The notes beneath the pieces are model-generated. The model was given only the letters and a program-made list of their open reading frames with translations. It had not been told where the DNA came from and did no database searches. From positions 372-64,371 of the forward strand of contig JAUNXT010000002.1 of the NCBI GenBank assembly GCA_030539655.1: 64,000 nt of DNA, written 5' to 3'. A program made the position numbers and the translations under genes. This document shows, piece by piece, positions 59,040 through 64,000 of the stretch; the stretch's first letter is position 1, and every line of letters starts with the position of its first letter. This stretch comes from Methanocorpusculum sp. GTDB taxonomy: Archaea > Halobacteriota > Methanomicrobia > Methanomicrobiales > Methanocorpusculaceae.

Positions 59040-59210
59040 TTAGTTCATCTTCTTAAAGCCCATAGTGGGTGCCCACTCGCGGAAGCACTGACGGCAGAGG
59101 TAAATACCGTATCTGCGCACAAGTCCCTGCTTACGTCCGCAGAGCTGGCACACGTTTGCACCGCGGCCATACTTTTTCTGCTGGACTTTGCCGTTGTCTT
59201 TTGCTGCCAT
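59040..59210 (-). CDS. rps14: 30S ribosomal protein uS14
   Basis: CQLCG...[12 protein letters not shown]. Confidence 0.95.
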   Translation of the reverse strand: MAAKDNGKVQQKKYGRGANVCQLCGRKQGLVRRYGIYLCRQCFREWAPTMGFKKMN

Positions 59211-59211
59211 T

Positions 59212-59727
59212 TTACTCCACCTCAATGCCGTAGGTTTCTGTTACGAACTTCATTGACTCTTCGCGGGTCACGTGAAGTTTCGTGTTGAACTTCTTCTGCT
59301 GAATTTTTCTGCGTGCGGTTCTTGTCCCTTTCTTTTCGACAACAACCATGATATCCATACCGTAGATACCAATCTTCGGATCATATGCCTGACCCGGGAA
59401 GTCTGTGTGTTCCTCGATACCGAATGCGAAGTTTCCGGTTGCATCGAACTGGCGCTGGTGTAAGACGTGCTCAATTGCGTAGGTCTTCAGTGCCATGGTA
59501 AGGAAGTTCTGTGCCTTTGTACCGCGAAGGGTCACCTTGCAGCCAATCGGCTGTCCGCGGCGGATACCGAATGCGGGAAGAGTGTTCTTTGCATAGGAAC
59601 GAAGCGGCTTGGAGCCTTCTGTCAGTGCGGACATGATGTTTTCAGCGTTTACCAGGCGTTCACCTGCTTCGCCGACACCCATGTGCACAACAACCTTTGC
59701 AACATACGGGGTCTTCATGTCAGTCAT
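59212..59727 (-). CDS. rpl5: 50S ribosomal protein uL5
   Basis: [28 protein letters not shown]. Confidence 0.96.
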   Translation of the reverse strand: MTDMKTPYVAKVVVHMGVGEAGERLVNAENIMSALTEGSKPLRSYAKNTLPAFGIRRGQPIGCKVTLRGTKAQNFLTMALKTYAIEHVLHQRQFDATGNFAFGIEEHTDFPGQAYDPKIGIYGMDIMVVVEKKGTRTARRKIQQKKFNTKLHVTREESMKFVTETYGIEVE

Positions 59728-60443
59728 GCTTCAACACCCCAGTTCTTCAGGTAGGATTCGTTCTTGCCGATTACATAGATGTAGTCTTCGATGGTTTCAA
59801 TCTCGGTTCCGTCCTCTGCAGTAAGAGTTACGCGGTTCGGAAGTGAGGAGGCCTGGACTTCAATCTTTGTGATCTTTCCGGTCTTCATCGTGTGCTGTCC
59901 GCCGATAATAATAGCAAGGGCTCCTTCCGCATAGGGGAAGTGCTCAAGAACCTTGAAGCGGTCATCACCGTTGAGGCCGATGATAAGTGTGTCTTTACCT
60001 TTGCATGCGAAGTCGCTGATGAAGTTTGCACCGCAGGATAAGTTAATCTGGGTCTTACCGCCGCGGATGGTGGTCTTGTTTGCAACCTTGACCAGTCTTG
60101 CATTTGCTGCAGCTTCGGGAATCTCCTTAAAAATCTGGCGTCCCTTTGCATCAACAAGAATTACATAGTGCTTGTTAATCTTCGGGAAGCTGATGATGTC
60201 AAAGACGTCAATTCCGAGGTGCTCATCGGTTACGATGTGACCGTTTAAGACAACCTGGCGGTCGTGGAGGATTTTCCGTGCTTCCTTTGTGTTTTCTGCA
60301 AGGTGCATGTGGTCACGGAGCCAGACTCCGATTGGAAGTGCAGAGCCGTCGTGCGGACCTGCGGCAACACTTACCACATACTTCTTTTCTTTCTTGGCGA
60401 GCTGCCACTCAGTCGGCGCTGCCATGCGTTTTGTCCGGGTCAT
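59724..60443 (-). CDS. rps4e: 30S ribosomal protein eS4
   Basis: KRMAAP..W, GPH, GGKTQINL. Confidence 0.95.
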   Translation of the reverse strand: MTRTKRMAAPTEWQLAKKEKKYVVSVAAGPHDGSALPIGVWLRDHMHLAENTKEARKILHDRQVVLNGHIVTDEHLGIDVFDIISFPKINKHYVILVDAKGRQIFKEIPEAAANARLVKVANKTTIRGGKTQINLSCGANFISDFACKGKDTLIIGLNGDDRFKVLEHFPYAEGALAIIIGGQHTMKTGKITKIEVQASSLPNRVTLTAEDGTEIETIEDYIYVIGKNESYLKNWGVEA

Positions 60444-60808
60444 GCCTTCTTCACCTCGAGACGGGACATACGGATAGAGTCCTTCGTGTTCAGTTTGGTA
60501 ATCATTACCTTCGACGGGTCAATCGGTCTTGGTGCATCTTCACCGTTTGCTTTCTTGATAGAAACGCCGTGAACAATGACCTTTGCGTTCTTGACATCAA
60601 CCTTGTCAACAACACCCTCGGTTCCTGCGGACTCACCGCGGAGAACTTTTACGGTGTCACCGGTGACAACACGGAAGCTGCGCTTTCCGTACTTTTCGCG
60701 GAGATCAGCTGCAAGAGGTGCGTGTAAGAATGCTCCACGTACGTGAATCGGAGCATTGTACCGGAACTTCCGCTGCTTTCTCGGCTGTATACTTGAAATA
60801 CGTGCCAT
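60440..60808 (-). CDS. rpl24: 50S ribosomal protein uL24
   Basis: QPRKQRK, GDTVKVLRG, PSKV. Confidence 0.95.
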   Translation of the reverse strand: MARISSIQPRKQRKFRYNAPIHVRGAFLHAPLAADLREKYGKRSFRVVTGDTVKVLRGESAGTEGVVDKVDVKNAKVIVHGVSIKKANGEDAPRPIDPSKVMITKLNTKDSIRMSRLEVKKA

Positions 60809-60818
60809 GTTTTTCACC

Positions 60819-61217
60819 TTAGATGATAATGGTCGCCATCGACCCTACTTTCGGGAAGCGTTCGGCAACTTCACGTGCAACCGGTCCTTTGATATCGGTT
60901 CCGCGCGGATCGCCGTTTTCGTTTAAGAGAATCATTGCGTTCTCCTCGAAGGTGACACGAAGTCCGTTCGGTCTTCTGAACTCCTTCTTCTGACGAACAA
61001 CAACTGCCCGGACAAGCTTTCTTTTCATATCCGGAGTACCTTTCTTAACAGATACTGTTGCAAGATCTCCGATACCCATCTTCGGCTGGCGGTTCTTAAC
61101 ACCGTGGTATCCGAAGACGGATACAATCTGGACAACACGTGCTCCCGTGTTGTCTGCACAAACCATCTTAGATCCGGTCTGAAGTGCACGCGGAATCTTA
61201 GCTGTTAAACCTTTCAT
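60819..61217 (-). CDS. rpl14: 50S ribosomal protein uL14
   Basis: [20 protein letters not shown]. Confidence 0.97.
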   Translation of the reverse strand: MKGLTAKIPRALQTGSKMVCADNTGARVVQIVSVFGYHGVKNRQPKMGIGDLATVSVKKGTPDMKRKLVRAVVVRQKKEFRRPNGLRVTFEENAMILLNENGDPRGTDIKGPVAREVAERFPKVGSMATIII

Positions 61218-61540
61218 TTGCGGGTCACCTCAACTACGACATAAGAGGTTGTTTTGTTCAGTGGTCTGCACTCTGCAATTTTGACCTCGTCGCCAATTTT
61301 TGCGTCGAGGCATGGAGCCATGTGTGCGTGAATTCTGGTGCTTCTCTTCTCATAACGGTCGTACTTTTTCACCGTGTGAAGGAAGTCACGTTCTACGACA
61401 ACGGTTCCCTGCATGCGTTCGCTCACGACTTTACCGGTAATCACCTGGCCGCGTACCGATAAACTGCCGTGGAACGGACAATTTACATCGTTGCACTCTT
61501 TTTCAGGAGCTGCAACATCTAAGCCGATATTTTTTGCCAT
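61214..61540 (-). CDS. rps17: 30S ribosomal protein uS17
   Basis: [24 protein letters not shown]. Confidence 0.96.
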   Translation of the reverse strand: MAKNIGLDVAAPEKECNDVNCPFHGSLSVRGQVITGKVVSERMQGTVVVERDFLHTVKKYDRYEKRSTRIHAHMAPCLDAKIGDEVKIAECRPLNKTTSYVVVEVTRK

Positions 61541-61548
61541 TTTAACCC

Positions 61549-61821
61549 TCATCTTACGCGCATACTAACGCGGCGGGAAGGGGAATTCGACAGGATATTT
61601 CCGTCAATTACCACCGAAACACCATCCGGAAGGACTACCCGGAAGAACCTGTGCTGTTTTTCCAGAGTCTTTACATCGTTTCCGGTATTTACCAGAAAGG
61701 TGTTTTTCGTCTCATCAGTGATGAGACCTGATAGTCCCTTTTCGGCTTTGTTCGGTGATGTCTCCACCGATACCTGAAGACCGATGAATTCATGTCTTGC
61801 GATATTCTGCGGAGTAATCAT
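61549..61821 (-). CDS. rnp1: RNase P protein component 1 (Rpp29)
   Basis: HEFIGL, G.ITDETKN; usual position after L29. Confidence 0.9.
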   Translation of the reverse strand: MITPQNIARHEFIGLQVSVETSPNKAEKGLSGLITDETKNTFLVNTGNDVKTLEKQHRFFRVVLPDGVSVVIDGNILSNSPSRRVSMRVR

Positions 61822-61827
61822 GACGAC

Positions 61828-62028
61828 TTATGCCTGACGCTTTCCCTGTTCTGTCTTAATGCGTGCGATAGTTCTGCGAACTTCCCGGATCTTTCCGGGG
61901 TTTTCCGGCGCACCGCCGGCGCTGACTTTTCCGTAGTTCTGAATTAACTCGAGGCGTAACTTTTCCTCGTTTTCAGCCAGTTCAGTATCGGAAAACTGGG
62001 CGATTTCTTTTGCTCTGAAGATTGCCAT
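61828..62028 (-). CDS. rpl29: 50S ribosomal protein uL29
   Basis: GGAPENPGKIREVRRTIARIKT. Confidence 0.95.
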   Translation of the reverse strand: MAIFRAKEIAQFSDTELAENEEKLRLELIQNYGKVSAGGAPENPGKIREVRRTIARIKTEQGKRQA

Positions 62029-62694
62029 TTACTTTGCCTCCGCCTTGGTCTTTGCCCCAAAGTCTTCGAGGACATCCTGCTCGGCCGGAGCCGGGTTTGC
62101 GTCAGCACGGACTTCAAAGTGATCCGGAAGAACTGCTCCCGGCGGGACAATCTTTACCTGAACACCAATGATACCGAGTTTCTTGACTGCGGTTGCATAT
62201 CCGGTCTGTACAACAGACTCAGCGGGTTCTCCGGAGTGCTTGATGTATCCTTCGACAAACTTCTGAACACGTGCACGTGCTCCGGTGAGTTTGCCTGCGA
62301 TGATAACTTCGCATCCGAGTGCTCCTGCATCCATAACACGGCGGATAACAGATGTTCCTGCCTTTCTGAAGTACCAGCCGCGCTCAAGTGCATTTGCAAG
62401 GCGTTCTGCCATAATCTTTGCATTTAAGCTCGGGTTTGGTACCTGCTGGACTTCAACCTGCGGAGAAGAGATACCGTAGACGTTTGTGAGGTCAGTGGTA
62501 ATCTGACGGACAAGCTTTCCACCCTTGCCGATAACGATACCCGGCTTTTCCGCAAAGACGGTAACCTGGGTTCCGACAGGGGTTCTGACGATGTCCATTC
62601 CTCCGTATCCTGCACGCTTGAGTTCTTTACCAAGGTACTGCTGGACACGGATTTTTCTGACTCCTTCTGCAACAAATTTCTTTTCGATAGTCAT
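62029..62694 (-). CDS. rps3: 30S ribosomal protein uS3
   Basis: KPGIVIGKGG KH domain, GALGCEVIIAGKL. Confidence 0.97.
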   Translation of the reverse strand: MTIEKKFVAEGVRKIRVQQYLGKELKRAGYGGMDIVRTPVGTQVTVFAEKPGIVIGKGGKLVRQITTDLTNVYGISSPQVEVQQVPNPSLNAKIMAERLANALERGWYFRKAGTSVIRRVMDAGALGCEVIIAGKLTGARARVQKFVEGYIKHSGEPAESVVQTGYATAVKKLGIIGVQVKIVPPGAVLPDHFEVRADANPAPAEQDVLEDFGAKTKAEAK

Positions 62695-62695
62695 C

Positions 62696-63169
62696 TTACT
62701 CCACCTCGCGAAGAATGAGTTCGACGTTTACGGTGTCTCTGTGCTTGGGCGTTGCTCTGCCCATTGCTCTCGGGAAGATTGCTTTCATGCAGCGTCCCTT
62801 GTTTGCAGCGGCATGGACAATGACCATCTTTTCCGGTGCAAGACCTGCATACTCTGCATTTTTCTGTGCTGAGCGGATTAAGCGGATGTACTCTCCTGCG
62901 GCCTTAACCGGGTATCTTCCGGCTGCGGTTCCGAAGGTTTTTCCATTCAGACTCTTCTGGTGGGCAACGTTTCTTGCAAAGTGGCGGAACGGGACCGCAC
63001 GCTTTAATGCGACGACCTGCTCGAGGTATGCGACTGCATCATCTGCCATCATGTTGCGGATAAGGTGTGCAATCTCGATTGCATGTTTCGGGGAGCAGGT
63101 GAGCTCGTTTCCTTTCGCGCGGGCGATGTTGTCACCGGCCATATTATTACTGTAACCTGTTCTTGCCAT
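62696..63169 (-). CDS. rpl22: 50S ribosomal protein uL22
   Basis: SPKHAIE, GRYPVKA, PRAMGRATP. Confidence 0.96.
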   Translation of the reverse strand: MARTGYSNNMAGDNIARAKGNELTCSPKHAIEIAHLIRNMMADDAVAYLEQVVALKRAVPFRHFARNVAHQKSLNGKTFGTAAGRYPVKAAGEYIRLIRSAQKNAEYAGLAPEKMVIVHAAANKGRCMKAIFPRAMGRATPKHRDTVNVELILREVE

Positions 63170-63174
63170 GGTAA

Positions 63175-63585
63175 TCACTTCAGCGGAACATATTTACTCG
63201 ACCGGGTTGCACCGACACCGGCGCTTCCGTGCGTAACTCTCTTGCGGGTTAATGCGAATTCTCCAAAGTAGTGGAAAACTCCCTCAACCGGAATCTCAAC
63301 CTCAACGAACTCTTTACCGGAGTAGATGGCAACCTTTTTGCCGACCATTTCCGGAAGGACGATCATTGAACGAAGATGAGTTCTTACACCATCACCTGCT
63401 GCAATCTTTGCACGAACATCCTCTTCACCGCGGGTGAATCCGCGAAGGACCTTCCTGCGGACACCTGAGGGCATAATCGGAAGAAGTTCTTCCATGGACA
63501 TTGCCTGAAGGGATGCAAGATTGTGACCGTGGTAGGTGTACTCCTCTCGCCGTTTCGGCATTCTCTTAGTAGTTTTCTTTGCCAT
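63175..63585 (-). CDS. rps19: 30S ribosomal protein uS19
   Basis: RTHLRSMIVLPEMVG, GEFALTR, ATRSSKYVPLK. Confidence 0.96.
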   Translation of the reverse strand: MAKKTTKRMPKRREEYTYHGHNLASLQAMSMEELLPIMPSGVRRKVLRGFTRGEEDVRAKIAAGDGVRTHLRSMIVLPEMVGKKVAIYSGKEFVEVEIPVEGVFHYFGEFALTRKRVTHGSAGVGATRSSKYVPLK

Positions 63586-63591
63586 CTATTT

Positions 63592-63999
63592 TCACCTCCG
63601 GCATCCTGTTCTGCGTGCTGCGACATGTCCGACTTTCTTACCGGCCGGTGTTCCGCGGGCAACTGTCTTCGGCTTACCCGGGTGCTGATGTCCTCCGCCA
63701 CCGAACGGGTGGTCGATAACGTTCATTGCGACACCGCGTGTTCTGGGCCAGCGGGTTGCTGAGGTCTTCATCTTGTGGTACTGCTTACCTGCCTTTAAGA
63801 TCGGCTTTTCACCGCGGCCTCCGCCTGCGACAAGTCCGACTGTTGCAAGACAGTTCTCGTTGAACCATTTCGGCTTTCCGGACGGCATCTTAATGCCAAC
63901 CTTGCCGTTGTCTTTTCCGATGACAACTGCCTGAACGCCGCTTGCACGGACGAACTTTCCGCCGTCTCCGGGCTGACCTTCAATGTTGCAGACTGCAAC
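63592..63999 (-). CDS. rpl2: 50S ribosomal protein uL2, 3' part (runs off the window)
   Basis: NIEGQPGDGGKFVRASG, RGVAMN..HPFGGG, AARRTG; frame is open to the window edge. Confidence 0.96.
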   Translation of the reverse strand, partial: VAVCNIEGQPGDGGKFVRASGVQAVVIGKDNGKVGIKMPSGKPKWFNENCLATVGLVAGGGRGEKPILKAGKQYHKMKTSATRWPRTRGVAMNVIDHPFGGGGHQHPGKPKTVARGTPAGKKVGHVAARRTGCRR

Positions 64000-64000
64000 T

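Noticed and set aside
877-63998. Numerous 60-230 aa antisense or alternate-frame ORFs
   Set aside because: They lie within well-supported genes and show no recognisable motifs; they are expected shadow ORFs at about 50% GC.
53610-64000. Novelty in the ribosomal operon (e.g. no SUI1 gene between L29 and rnp1)
   Set aside because: The order is the standard euryarchaeal S10/spc cluster, and SUI1 presence at this position varies between lineages.

Overview
Core chromosomal region of a hydrogenotrophic methanogen. Gene content and protein style point to Methanomicrobiales, most likely Methanocorpusculum-like and possibly host-associated (inference, no database search). Left to right: 3' end of folP, cofE, a P1B metal ATPase/HMA/HxlR cassette, frhADGB, mptA, ilvC, a CobQ lacking its glutaminase domain, tRNA-Met, pycBA, a bacterial-type CoA-activase/dehydratase pair, lysC-purM, a DASS transporter, aRF1-argS, a complete 7-gene shikimate operon, tpiA/MBF1, ACT-hom, trm56/ATP-grasp/TFE/HD, nikR, thiC, mdh-polB, ferritin, and secY with the ribosomal protein operon from L15 to L2. 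I saw no CRISPR array, integrase or intact transposase. The least explained signals are non-coding: (1) an inverted pair of structured repeats at 244-550 with compensatory stem changes, plus a degenerate end-copy at 37.5 kb; (2) an origin-like array of about 11 (C)TTTACC(A) motifs around a 28-bp pure A/T tract at 30.45-30.78 kb, flanked by a G-quadruplex motif and with no initiator gene nearby; (3) a candidate sRNA upstream of nikR with three hairpins and C-rich/anti-SD loops. All product calls come from recognising motifs by eye.
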